NCBI GenBank assembly: GCA_000091165.1
Contig: FP565575.1
Coordinates: 2,720,855 to 2,752,854 of the forward strand
DNA length: 32,000 nt
Reading direction: 5' to 3'
DNA from: Candidatus Methylomirabilis oxygeniifera
Lineage (GTDB): Bacteria; Methylomirabilota; Methylomirabilia; Methylomirabilales; Methylomirabilaceae
This document shows, piece by piece, positions 8,268 through 16,627 of the stretch (positions are counted from its first letter, which is position 1; every line of letters begins with the position of its first letter). The notes beneath the pieces are model-generated. The model made no database searches. It was not told the origin of the DNA and saw only the letters and a list, made by a program, of their open reading frames with translations. The position numbers and the translations under genes were made by a program.

Positions 8268-8524
8268 GGCATTTCACGGCGAGTCAATTCTGGCGCTGTT
8301 TCGATGCTCTGCCAACCGCCATCCAGGATCTCGCCCGACGCAACTACGCTCTTCTCAAGCAGAATCCGACGCATCCATCCCTACAATTCAAATCCGTGTG
8401 CGGCGGACGCTTCCGTAGCGTTCGAATCGGTAATCATTACCGTGCCCTTGGGCTGCCAGTCCCAGAGGGAGTGCAGTGGTTCTGGGTCGGCCCGCACGCC
8501 GAGTACGACAAGTTCTTTAGCTAA
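8264..8524 (+). CDS. RelE/ParE-superfamily type II toxin
   Basis: 86 aa with a TTG start overlapping the antitoxin TGA. Conserved blocks HPSLQFKSV, FRSVRIGNHYRALG and WFWVGPHAEYDK. Confidence 0.75.
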   Translation: MRHFTASQFWRCFDALPTAIQDLARRNYALLKQNPTHPSLQFKSVCGGRFRSVRIGNHYRALGLPVPEGVQWFWVGPHAEYDKFFS

Positions 8525-8682
8525 CACTCGGCTGGATCGGTGGAATGGCGCGACAGCCGAGCGACAAGGACAAGCCATAAGGCCGTCTTTGGTGCGCCGG
8601 GACGAAGGATCGGAAAAATCGGAAGGGTTGGTTCTTGCGCGTATCGGTCTGCTGCGGGGGTGTTGGAATCTGAAACGACAGT

Positions 8683-8799
8683 TTATCCCAGCCAGATGAG
8701 CAGCTTGACAATGTACTTCATTGCGATCATGGACGCTAGAAACATGACCGCCCCTAAAACTAAATTCACATTGATGTTTCGGTGCTTTTCCGGCTCCAT
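8683..8799 (-). CDS. Possible 38-aa single-TM peptide (MEPEKHRNINVNLVLGAVMFLASMIAMKYIVKLLIWLG)
   Basis: Not in the ORF track because it is too short. ATG at 8799 preceded by GAGGAAGAGG, 46 nt downstream of the glutaredoxin-like stop. Charged N-terminus plus one hydrophobic helix. AT-rich codons are atypical for this window. Confidence 0.3.
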   Translation of the reverse strand: MEPEKHRNINVNLVLGAVMFLASMIAMKYIVKLLIWLG

Positions 8800-8845
8800 A
8801 CCTCTTCCTCACTGAGACCGACGACCGTCGGCGCCTCTAGACTGC

Positions 8846-9061
8846 TCAGGTTCCGCCAAATCCGACGGTGACTTTGCCCTTCTCGACAATAACCGGGACA
8901 TCACGTGAGCCTTTCGATAACTCCAACATCTGTGCGAGCGCCTTCGGGTCCTGCTTGACATTGAGGTAGGTGAACGGGACCTTCCGCCTGGCATAGTCCT
9001 CACGGGCTGCCGAGGTATAGGGTCAGGTATCCTTCCCGTAGATGACGACCGGTTCGTCCAT
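8846..9061 (-). CDS. Glutaredoxin-like (thioredoxin-fold) protein with in-frame UGA at the redox-motif position; probable selenoprotein
   Basis: ATG 9061 preceded by GGAGGAGG. Hand translation gives MDEPVVIYGKDT-[TGA 9023-9025]-PYTSAAREDYARRKVPFTYLNVKQDPKALAQMLELSKGSRDVPVIVEKGKVTVGFGGT, with stop TGA at 8846-8848. The TGA is exactly where Grx/NrdH-like proteins carry the first Cys of CPYC/CPYT. Confidence 0.7.
8992..9019 (-). promoter_or_regulatory. Candidate bacterial SECIS hairpin
   Basis: The mRNA UAUA-CCUCG...GUGAGG-AC-UAUG begins 4 nt after the UGA. Lower stem UAUA/UAUG, 2-nt bulge, upper stem CCUC/GAGG, with the apical region about 16 nt from the UGA. Folded by eye only. Confidence 0.45.
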
Positions 9062-9102
9062 CTGCCTCCTCCAATCTTTCGGGTCCGTCTGATTCCAGCG
9101 CG

Positions 9103-9447
9103 TCAGACCCGCGTCGTAAATCGTTCGGCCTCTGTGGTCAACCGCTCGTAGGCAAGCTTGATGTCGCGGATCTGCGGGTACAGCTCCTGGATCTTCTCGT
9201 GGGGGAGCGGGATGATCCGGCTCAGTTCAGTCAGCCGCTCCCCAACCAGCTTGGCCCGTCGAAGGATATCGAGCTTTTTATCGGCCGGCGGGCTCAGCGC
9301 TGCCCCCTCCAGGAGTACAAGCATCCCGTCCTCATCTTGAGCCCGGCACAGCTCGTCCAACTGCTGCGCCTGGGTCTCATTGAGACCGCTTTCCCGCAGG
9401 GCATTCAACGCCTTCATCCGGTCGATTCGATAGCGGATGTCGAGCAT
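9103..9447 (-). CDS. Hypothetical helical protein (114 aa)
   Basis: Clean ORF directly upstream of, and co-oriented with, the glutaredoxin-like gene. I recognise no family motif. Confidence 0.6.
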   Translation of the reverse strand: MLDIRYRIDRMKALNALRESGLNETQAQQLDELCRAQDEDGMLVLLEGAALSPPADKKLDILRRAKLVGERLTELSRIIPLPHEKIQELYPQIRDIKLAYERLTTEAERFTTRV

Positions 9448-9701
9448 TCTCTCTCCTTACGCGCGCGCCGTGGATGTATCAGGCGCAATCCGGCACTATC
9501 TCACACCTCTGCGCCAAAGCCGAATGCAGGGGGTCGGGTGTGAGTCTATCATCTGACTCTATGGCCACTCTATATCAGCAGAATTTCGACGTCTTGTCAA
9601 CGGTCATGTGGTCTTTTCATCCCGCGTGGTCGCTATCCGGCCATGATATGATGTGTTATCATAATGTACTACGGGATAGCGAAGGAGGAATCGGACCCGA
9701 C

Positions 9702-10367
9702 ATGAAATTCCCATTTGCCCTTGACCGCCTGGCTGCGCAAGATATTCGAATGATTTTTCGCGTCGTCGCAGAGTTCGTCGACGGGTTGGAGGCGCTCGCC
9801 GCGATTCCGCCGGCTGTCTCTGTCTTCGGATCGACGCATATCGGACGAGATGATCCCGCCTACATGATGGCCGAACAGATCGGCCGCTTGTTGGCCAAGC
9901 ACGGGTATGCCGTCATCACGGGCGGGGGTCCTGGAGCCATGGAGGCGGCGAATAAAGGCGCCTACGAGGCGGGTGGTGTATCGGTCGGCCTCAACATTGA
10001 GCTTCCTCAGCAGCAGGCACCGAACCCATACCTGACCAACCTTGTAAATTTCCAGCACTTCTTCGTCCGGAAGGTCATGTTCGTGAAGCACTCCATCGCG
10101 TTCGTCATCCTGCCGGGCGGCTTTGGCACCCTGGATGAGCTGTTTGAGTCGATTACACTGATCCAGACCAGGAAGATCAAGCCGTTTCCGGTCATCCTGA
10201 CAGACGACGATTACTGGCGCGGTTTACAGGAGTGGCTCCGTGATACTGTTATGAGCGAGGGGAAGATCTCGCCGGACGACCTCGCGCTACTCAAGGTGGC
10301 TCATAGCCCTGAAGAGGTCATCCAGGTCATCAAGAACTCCTCAACCTCCAATTCTCTGACCCTCTGA
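9702..10367 (+). CDS. LOG family (TIGR00730) nucleotide phosphoribohydrolase
   Basis: GGGPGAMEAANKGA and PGGFGTLDELFE motifs. Start placed at ATG 9702 with a GAAGGAGGA RBS upstream; the track's extension to 9474 has no homology signal. Confidence 0.88.
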   Translation: MKFPFALDRLAAQDIRMIFRVVAEFVDGLEALAAIPPAVSVFGSTHIGRDDPAYMMAEQIGRLLAKHGYAVITGGGPGAMEAANKGAYEAGGVSVGLNIELPQQQAPNPYLTNLVNFQHFFVRKVMFVKHSIAFVILPGGFGTLDELFESITLIQTRKIKPFPVILTDDDYWRGLQEWLRDTVMSEGKISPDDLALLKVAHSPEEVIQVIKNSSTSNSLTL

Positions 10368-10394
10368 AATCTTCCGTCCAGTACGGTCAGCCCA

Positions 10395-11054
10395 TTGGCC
10401 ACCAACCGGCAGATCACTGAAGTCCTGCAGCAGGTCCGACATGCGATCAGCGTGTGGGAGCCCGCCGTCGTGGGCAAGATCGCCGAGGACTCCCGCGATC
10501 CGTTTCGGGTCCTGATCTCTTGTATCCTGAGCCAGCAGACCAAGGATCAGATTACGGGTGAAGCCTCGGAGCGGCTGTATCGACTTGCCGATCGACCCGA
10601 CACGATACTCGCGCTGAGTGAGCTACAGATCGCCAGAGCCATCTACCCGGTCAGTTTCTATAAGACGAAGGCTCGAACCATCCGCAAGGTCTGCCAGGAT
10701 CTGCTCACTCGTTTCGATGGGCGCGTCCCCGATACAATCGAGGCCCTTCTTAGCCTCACCGGCGTCGGCCGGAAGACCGCCAACCTTGTCGTAACAGTCG
10801 GTTACAGAAAGCCGGGGATCTGCGTTGATACGCATGTCCATCGGATCTCGAATCGCTGGGGTTACGTCAGCACCAGGACCCCCGAGCAGACCGAGATGGC
10901 CCTCCGATTGAAGCTGCCGAAGCGGCATTGGATCTATTACAATGACCTGTTGGTCCCGTTCGGTCAGAACCTCTGCCGACCGATCTCTCCCTTTTGTAGT
11001 CGCTGCCCCATCGAGCGCTGGTGCGCCAAGGTCGGCGTGGCGATGCATCGCTGA
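10395..11054 (+). CDS. nth: Endonuclease III (HhH-GPD with 4Fe-4S cluster loop)
   Basis: LISCILSQQTKD, HhH LTGVGRKTANLV, VDTHVHRISNR, and a C-terminal CxxxxxxCxxCxxxxxC (CRPISPFCSRCPIERWC). The TTG start is uncertain. Confidence 0.9.
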   Translation: MATNRQITEVLQQVRHAISVWEPAVVGKIAEDSRDPFRVLISCILSQQTKDQITGEASERLYRLADRPDTILALSELQIARAIYPVSFYKTKARTIRKVCQDLLTRFDGRVPDTIEALLSLTGVGRKTANLVVTVGYRKPGICVDTHVHRISNRWGYVSTRTPEQTEMALRLKLPKRHWIYYNDLLVPFGQNLCRPISPFCSRCPIERWCAKVGVAMHR

Positions 11055-11056
11055 GG

Positions 11057-11479
11057 TTACACATCAAAGACGACTCGCGCGTGCCAGCGATCGTCGACTT
11101 TGTGACATTCGAGCAGATGGTAGGTGGCGGCCTTCACCACGCCCTTGAACCGGTGCCGCTCCGGGTCTGTCGGTTCTCCCACCAGCTCGCCGCTCACACG
11201 CTCGCCTTCGACCGTCGTTACTCGTACGTTCGAGGGGGCCCACCCTTCCGCTTCACATCGGTACAACAGTTCATTCAACCAGGCCACCAGCAGGGACGGA
11301 AGGTCTCTCCCTCGCGCTTCAATCGGAAGGATGCCGGTGGAGCGTACTGTTCCGGAGTCGACCATCAGTACAAACATCCCTCTGGCGGTGTTGGCAAAGA
11401 GCTCCTCCGGAGTTCCGCCCCACGCCATAATCCCGACATCCGCCGTCGTCTCGAATAGCTCAAATCCAGGATCGCTCAT
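11057..11479 (-). CDS. Archease
   Basis: N-terminal FELFETTADVGI signature, central LLVAWLNELLY, and C-terminal KAATYHLLE. ATG 11479 is preferred over the TTG at 11491. Confidence 0.85.
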   Translation of the reverse strand: MSDPGFELFETTADVGIMAWGGTPEELFANTARGMFVLMVDSGTVRSTGILPIEARGRDLPSLLVAWLNELLYRCEAEGWAPSNVRVTTVEGERVSGELVGEPTDPERHRFKGVVKAATYHLLECHKVDDRWHARVVFDV

Positions 11480-11495
11480 CGCGCAGTTCAAGACA

Positions 11496-11525
11496 GGGTA
11501 TAGGGTTTAGGGTGTAGGGTAGGGG
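11496..11525. repeat. Heptamer array GGGTATA GGGTTTA GGGTGTA GGGTAGG GG (G-quadruplex-type motif on the plus strand)
   Basis: Read directly from the sequence. Five G3+ runs are separated by 2-4 nt, in the spacer between the macB-like stop and the archease start. Confidence 0.7.
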
Positions 11526-11557
11526 ATGGAGCAGGACCCATACGCCTTGCACCGCAT

Positions 11558-12790
11558 TCATTCATATCGTAGCGCCTCAATCGGGTCCAAAAAGGCGGCC
11601 TTGCGGGCCGGGTAGTAGCCGAAACCGATCCCTACCAACGCCGAGAACACAAAGGCCGTCAGGACGGCGCCTCCGCTGATCAGGGTCGGCCACATTGCAA
11701 CGTAGGAGATTAGGATCGAGAGCGAGAGACCAAGCCCGATCCCGATCAGACCGCCGATGAGCGATAAGGTAACTGCCTCAACGAGGAACTGTGTCAGGAT
11801 GTCGCGCGTCCTGGCGCCCACCGCCAATCGCAATCCGATCTCTCGCGTCCGCTCCGTCACGGACACCAGCATGATGTTCATAATGCCGATTCCGCCCACG
11901 ACCAGCGAGACGGAGGCGATGGCGCCCAGCAGGATCGACATCACGCGAGCCGATTGCTCCTGAGCGCCAAACACCTCCACGAGATTCCGTACGGTGAAGT
12001 CATCATCTTCATCCGGTTGCAGGCGATGTCGCTGTCGGAGGAGGGCCACCACCTGTTCTTGGGCCTCCTGCATCATCGTTGGGCCGCGAGCCTGCACCAC
12101 GATCGCCCCCACCGCCCTGGCGTTCGCGTGACTCACTCCGAGCACCTTCCGCTTGGCCGTCGAGATAGGAATTAGGATGACATCATCCTGATCCTGTCCC
12201 CAGGCCGATTGACCCTTTGGAGCCAGGGTCCCAAGGATGGTAAACGGCACTCGCTTGATCCTGATAATCTGTCCGACGGGGTCGTTGCCGCCGAACAGAT
12301 TATCCACGACCGTATTGCCGACAAGCGCCACCTTCGTCGCTCCGTCGACATCCTGCCAGGTGAACGGCCGACCATTGAGGATCTGAAAGTCGCGGATCTC
12401 GATGTATTCCGGCGTCACCCCCTGGATCACCGTAGACCAGTTGTCGTTACCAAGGACGACCTGTCCGGTTCCACGGATACTGGCGGCCGTCAACGCCACC
12501 GCTGGGCACTCGGCGGCAATCGCCTTGGCATCATCTTCCGACAGTGTCATGATTGACCCGGCGCCAACACGCATCCCGCTACTGGTTGTACTACCGGACA
12601 GGACGAGGATCACATTGCTGCCGATACTTCGGATCTGCTCCTGAATGAAGGCAGTGGCCCCGGAGCCTACCGCCACCATGGCGATCACAGCCGCCACGCC
12701 GATGATGATCCCCAGCATCGTGAGGGCCGATCGAAGCCGATTGACCCTGAGCGCTCTCAAGGCGATCCTGACATTGACTAAGAGATTCAT
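11558..12790 (-). CDS. MacB-type ABC transporter permease (MacB periplasmic domain + FtsX)
   Basis: 410 aa with an N-terminal TM, a large periplasmic domain and three C-terminal TMs. It ends ...YYPARKAAFLDPIEALRYE, typical of MacB/LolCE permeases. Confidence 0.92.
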   Translation of the reverse strand: MNLLVNVRIALRALRVNRLRSALTMLGIIIGVAAVIAMVAVGSGATAFIQEQIRSIGSNVILVLSGSTTSSGMRVGAGSIMTLSEDDAKAIAAECPAVALTAASIRGTGQVVLGNDNWSTVIQGVTPEYIEIRDFQILNGRPFTWQDVDGATKVALVGNTVVDNLFGGNDPVGQIIRIKRVPFTILGTLAPKGQSAWGQDQDDVILIPISTAKRKVLGVSHANARAVGAIVVQARGPTMMQEAQEQVVALLRQRHRLQPDEDDDFTVRNLVEVFGAQEQSARVMSILLGAIASVSLVVGGIGIMNIMLVSVTERTREIGLRLAVGARTRDILTQFLVEAVTLSLIGGLIGIGLGLSLSILISYVAMWPTLISGGAVLTAFVFSALVGIGFGYYPARKAAFLDPIEALRYE

Positions 12791-12799
12791 AGACCGGCT

Positions 12800-13543
12800 C
12801 TACCCCGCTTCGTCCGGCAGGCGCTGCTGCAACTCATGGAGCGCGACTCTTGGCTGCTCCACCGCCTCATCCCGCAGTAGTCGGCCGTCTCTGAAAAAGA
12901 GTATGCGACCGGCGTAGGCCGCGATGTCCGGCTCATGGGTCACCAGAACAATGGTGATCCCCGCCTCCTTATTCAGCCGCTGGAATATCGCCATAATCTC
13001 TGAACTGGTTCTCGAATCGAGGTTGCCGGTGGGCTCATCCGCCAGGATGATCTGTGGCTCATTGACAAGGGCCCGCGCAATGGCTACCCGCTGCTGCTGC
13101 CCTCCGGAAAGCTGGTTTGGATGATGCTCTGTCCTATTCTCAAGACCAACCGCCTGGAGGGCGTCAAGCGCTCTGGCGCGCCGCTCGCGGGCCGCAGCGC
13201 CATTATACAGGAGCGGAAGTTCCACGTTCGCTAAGGCGCTGGTCCTGGCCAGGAGGTTGAAAGTCTGAAAGACAAAGCCGATCTTCTTATTCCGGAGAGC
13301 GGCCAGCTCATCTCGATTAAGCCGACCCACGCTGACGCCGTCAAACCGGTAGCTGCCGGACGTCGGTTTGTCCAGGCAACCCAGGATGTGCATTAAGGTC
13401 GATTTGCCGGACCCGGAGGAGCCCATGATCGCCACAAACTCCCCTCGTTCAATCAGGAACGAGACGCCCCTCAGCGCCTGGACAGTCACATCGCCCAGAC
13501 GGTAGTCCTTTATCAAGCTGTCGATCTCAATCAGCGCTGCCAC
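12800..13543 (-). CDS. ABC transporter ATP-binding protein (MacB/LolD type)
   Basis: Walker [10 protein letters not shown], signature [15 protein letters not shown], Walker [13 protein letters not shown], and H-loop VTHE. GTG start with a GGGGAGGG RBS. Confidence 0.93.
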   Translation of the reverse strand: MAALIEIDSLIKDYRLGDVTVQALRGVSFLIERGEFVAIMGSSGSGKSTLMHILGCLDKPTSGSYRFDGVSVGRLNRDELAALRNKKIGFVFQTFNLLARTSALANVELPLLYNGAAARERRARALDALQAVGLENRTEHHPNQLSGGQQQRVAIARALVNEPQIILADEPTGNLDSRTSSEIMAIFQRLNKEAGITIVLVTHEPDIAAYAGRILFFRDGRLLRDEAVEQPRVALHELQQRLPDEAG

Positions 13544-13552
13544 GACCCTCCC

Positions 13553-15001
13553 CTAGAACCTCGGACCCCGCTGGCCGAACGGCGGAGCCGACCCACCCGC
13601 AGCTTGACCATTTTTCGATGCGGTCCCCACAATGACTTCGTGTCCTCCATCAAGGTTGCCTTCGATGATCTCGGTGAAACGCTCATCGGCAAGACCCAGC
13701 CTGACGGTGACCGGCTGAGGTTGCTTATCCTTACCAAGAATCCAGATGGTCTGATCCCGTCCGGTGTTCTGAGTATCGCGGATATCATGCGCCCCCTGAC
13801 CTGTCGGCCGCCCCTGTGGGCTTCGGGCGGATACATTGCCTCCTTGATTCGGCAGTTCCTTCAGATCCGGGGGCCGAAACCGCAGGGCCGCATTGGGGAT
13901 CTTCAGGACATTCTCGCGCCTGTCCACCAGGATCCTGACATTCGCCGTCATGCCCGGGAACAGTTTGAAGTCCGGATTGGCGACCCCAATCACGGCATTG
14001 TAGGTGATCACGTTCTGGACGTTCATTGGGGCCTGCCGGATCTGGACGACCTTTCCCTTAAAGATCTCACCCGGGAAAGCGTCGACAGTGAAGGTTGTGT
14101 CCTGTCCGACTCGAATCCGTCCAACGTCGGCCTCATCCACGTTCGTGTCCACCTGCATCTTGGTCAGGTCCTGTGCGATCAGGAACAGGGTCGGGGCGGA
14201 GAAGCTGGCGGCTACCGTCTGCCCGACATCCACATTCCGTGAGACCACGGTCCCGTCCACCGGTGCTCGAATATAGGTATGATCGAGATCGACCTGCGCC
14301 TGCTTCAGGGCCGCCTCGTTCTGCTTGACCTGCGCGTCCGCTGCGGCGATCTGGGCCATGGTCACTTCGTGCTGGGCCTGCGCGGCGCGAAGGGAATATC
14401 CCGCAGCCTGGTCCTGGGCCTTCGCGGCATCGAGGGCTGCGATGTTGGAATCGTAGGTCGCCTGCGCCGAATCCCGCTCCTCTGCCGAGATGCCGCCTTC
14501 TTTGAAGAGGTTGATCCGGCTCCTTAGTTTGATTTGGGCATCCAGGACGGCGACCTTCGCTTTTGCCGCATTCGCCTTTGCGACTTCCAGTGAAGCCTTG
14601 GCGTTGGCAATGTCGGCCTCGGTTTTCTGGAGCATCGCCCGAGCGTTGAGGACGGCAGCTCGGGCGTTGTCCAAGTTGCCCTTCGCCTGGTTCACCTTGG
14701 CCTCAAAGATCTCCGGATCGATCCTGGCCACCAGTTGCCCTTTCTTGACCTTCGTATTAAAGTCGGCGTGGAGTTCCTTGATGTTCCCGGAGACCTGACT
14801 GCCGACCTGAACGGTGACGACAGCGTTAGGATTGCCGGTTGCGGAGATCGTTGCCTCAATGTCACCCCGCCCAACCGTCGCCGTCCGGTACTCAACCCGG
14901 CTCTGCCCACGCAGGTATGCCCAGCCGCCCAGACCGGACAGCGCGATCAGGCCGACGATGACCAACACCACCTTCGCTTTTGGCATCTTCATCGATATCA
15001 C
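13553..15001 (-). CDS. MacA/HlyD-family periplasmic adaptor (membrane fusion protein)
   Basis: N-terminal TM, lipoyl/barrel motifs (VQVGSQVSGNIKEL, GQLVARIDP) and a long Ala/Gln-rich coiled-coil hairpin. GTG start overlaps the TolC stop (GTGA). Confidence 0.9.
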   Translation of the reverse strand: MISMKMPKAKVVLVIVGLIALSGLGGWAYLRGQSRVEYRTATVGRGDIEATISATGNPNAVVTVQVGSQVSGNIKELHADFNTKVKKGQLVARIDPEIFEAKVNQAKGNLDNARAAVLNARAMLQKTEADIANAKASLEVAKANAAKAKVAVLDAQIKLRSRINLFKEGGISAEERDSAQATYDSNIAALDAAKAQDQAAGYSLRAAQAQHEVTMAQIAAADAQVKQNEAALKQAQVDLDHTYIRAPVDGTVVSRNVDVGQTVAASFSAPTLFLIAQDLTKMQVDTNVDEADVGRIRVGQDTTFTVDAFPGEIFKGKVVQIRQAPMNVQNVITYNAVIGVANPDFKLFPGMTANVRILVDRRENVLKIPNAALRFRPPDLKELPNQGGNVSARSPQGRPTGQGAHDIRDTQNTGRDQTIWILGKDKQPQPVTVRLGLADERFTEIIEGNLDGGHEVIVGTASKNGQAAGGSAPPFGQRGPRF

Positions 15002-16608
15002 AGTTCGAGATGATTTGTTTCCAGGATCGTGCCCTTCTGAAGCTCGAGATTGGCCAGATCCTGGTTGTAGGTGGTAATCGCCTGGATCTCGCTGGCCTGG
15101 GCCGCCGCGAGGTCTCGCTGAAACGACAGGACGTTGAAGGTCGTGGTGACGCCGGCCTCGAGCCGCTTCTGTTCGACCCGCAGTTGCTCCTCAGCCAGCG
15201 TCCGAGCCGCTCTGGTGGCCTCCACGCGGCGGACATCGGCCTCCACGCGGCGGACCGCCTCTCGAACCTGAGAGATGATCTGGCGCTTGAGATTCAGCAG
15301 GCTCGTCCCGGCCTGAGCGTGGCTGAGCTTTGCCTGATTCAACGCCGACCTGGCGGAGCGGTTGCCTAACGGGTACGTCAGGACCAGGGCTGCCGACCAC
15401 TGCGTAAAGTCGCCTGAGGTCAACCGATCCAGATCGCCGCCTGCGCTGCCGTTGAGGCCGTTGAGTCCGACATTGCCCTGCAATTGGAGGCTGGGCAGCA
15501 ACTGGTTCCGCTTGATCCGCAGATCGAGATCGGTGTTTTGTAACGTCAGCTTGGCCGCGGCGTACTCCGGCCGCTTTTCGAGCGCCTCCTGAATGCTGGC
15601 ATCCGTATTTATCCGAATCTCTTCAAATGGCAGCCGATCGGTCGGAAGAATCGTTCTGGCCCAGATTCGCTCCCCATCGGGGAAGTTGATGATGAGCGTC
15701 AGTTGATCTTCGGCGTCCTTGACGGCCTTCTCGGCCAGGATCACGTCCTGGACCCTGGCTGCGGCCTGGGCCTCCGCCTGCGTCACCTCAACCGGCGCTG
15801 CAACACCGGCCCGCACCCGTGCCTTGTTGAGGTCCTCCAGTTCCCTGGCCAGGCGCAGCGAGCGCCTCTGGACCTCCAGATTGTCAATGGCAAAGACGAG
15901 ATTCCAGTAGGCGTTGTGAACGTTGGTAATGACCTGATTGGCCTGTTGACGGAGTTGCGTGACCGAGATCGCCTGATCGTTCCTGGCGATCTTGATCGGC
16001 GCAGTATTCACATCCATTCCGAAGTTCTTGAGAAGATCCTGGGTAATGCTGAGGGTCAGGAAACTCTTGTAGTACGGGTTAAGGGTTGCAAATTGCGAGT
16101 TGGTCTTAAATCGGTTGTTAGTCATGCTCAATGTATAACTGGCGCCGAACGGTAGCTTTTGAACGAGGGAGGTATTGACATCTCGGTTCTCTGTTGTGTT
16201 GACCGTTGCTCCTGCGAGCTGTGTTGCCGTCGGTGAGACGGTTCTGTTCGCGTCAAGCGTGAGAGAGAAGGTCGGATCAAAGACCGCCTTCGCGATACTG
16301 ATGCTCTCGGATTTCACCCTTGGGTTGTAGGCGGCGATAGCAATATCAAGGTTATTCTTCAGCGCCAGCACAACCGCTTCGCGGAGCGCGAGGCGAAGCT
16401 CGCCTACGTCGCCTGATTCATCGGTAGTCGATTGATCCTGGGGCGCCGCGGAACCGACCGATTGCGCCAGATCGCTAGAGAGTTCGACGCGACTCTGCGC
16501 TAGAGGGGGTAATAGATCGTCCTCCGCGTTCGCTATAACCGCATGCAGCACAGCCAGACAGATCACCGACATCGCCCATACACATACCTTGCGCTGTAGC
16601 GCCGTCAT
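14998..16608 (-). CDS. tolC: TolC-family outer membrane efflux protein
   Basis: 536 aa with a signal peptide and two OEP-type repeats (LREAVVLALKNNLDIAIA..., LQEALEKRPEYAAAKL...). Strong AAGGAGGGAG RBS. Confidence 0.9.
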   Translation of the reverse strand: MTALQRKVCVWAMSVICLAVLHAVIANAEDDLLPPLAQSRVELSSDLAQSVGSAAPQDQSTTDESGDVGELRLALREAVVLALKNNLDIAIAAYNPRVKSESISIAKAVFDPTFSLTLDANRTVSPTATQLAGATVNTTENRDVNTSLVQKLPFGASYTLSMTNNRFKTNSQFATLNPYYKSFLTLSITQDLLKNFGMDVNTAPIKIARNDQAISVTQLRQQANQVITNVHNAYWNLVFAIDNLEVQRRSLRLARELEDLNKARVRAGVAAPVEVTQAEAQAAARVQDVILAEKAVKDAEDQLTLIINFPDGERIWARTILPTDRLPFEEIRINTDASIQEALEKRPEYAAAKLTLQNTDLDLRIKRNQLLPSLQLQGNVGLNGLNGSAGGDLDRLTSGDFTQWSAALVLTYPLGNRSARSALNQAKLSHAQAGTSLLNLKRQIISQVREAVRRVEADVRRVEATRAARTLAEEQLRVEQKRLEAGVTTTFNVLSFQRDLAAAQASEIQAITTYNQDLANLELQKGTILETNHLEL

Positions 16609-16627
16609 GCTCCCTCCTTTGAAAACA

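Noticed and set aside
8412-8432. GTTCGAATC, a tRNA T-loop-like string
   Set aside because: It lies inside the toxin coding sequence. The flanks do not form a T-stem or an acceptor stem.
8527-8561. 8-bp inverted repeat ctcggctg...cagccgag after the toxin gene as a terminator
   Set aside because: It has a 19-nt loop and no downstream T-run, so the evidence for an intrinsic terminator is weak.
8809-9003. 64-aa minus-strand track ORF
   Set aside because: It is out of frame with, and fully overlapped by, the much better supported glutaredoxin-like frame. The translation is Arg/Ser-rich.
9474-9701. Upstream extension of the LOG ORF
   Set aside because: There is no family similarity before MKFPFAL. 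A GAAGGAGGA RBS precedes the ATG at 9702.
11496-11525. Heptamer arrays (also 741, 16628, 31422) as CRISPR or telomere-like repeats
   Set aside because: The units are 7 bp and contiguous with no spacers, so they are not CRISPR. The resemblance to TTAGGG-type telomere repeats is superficial in a bacterial chromosomal context.
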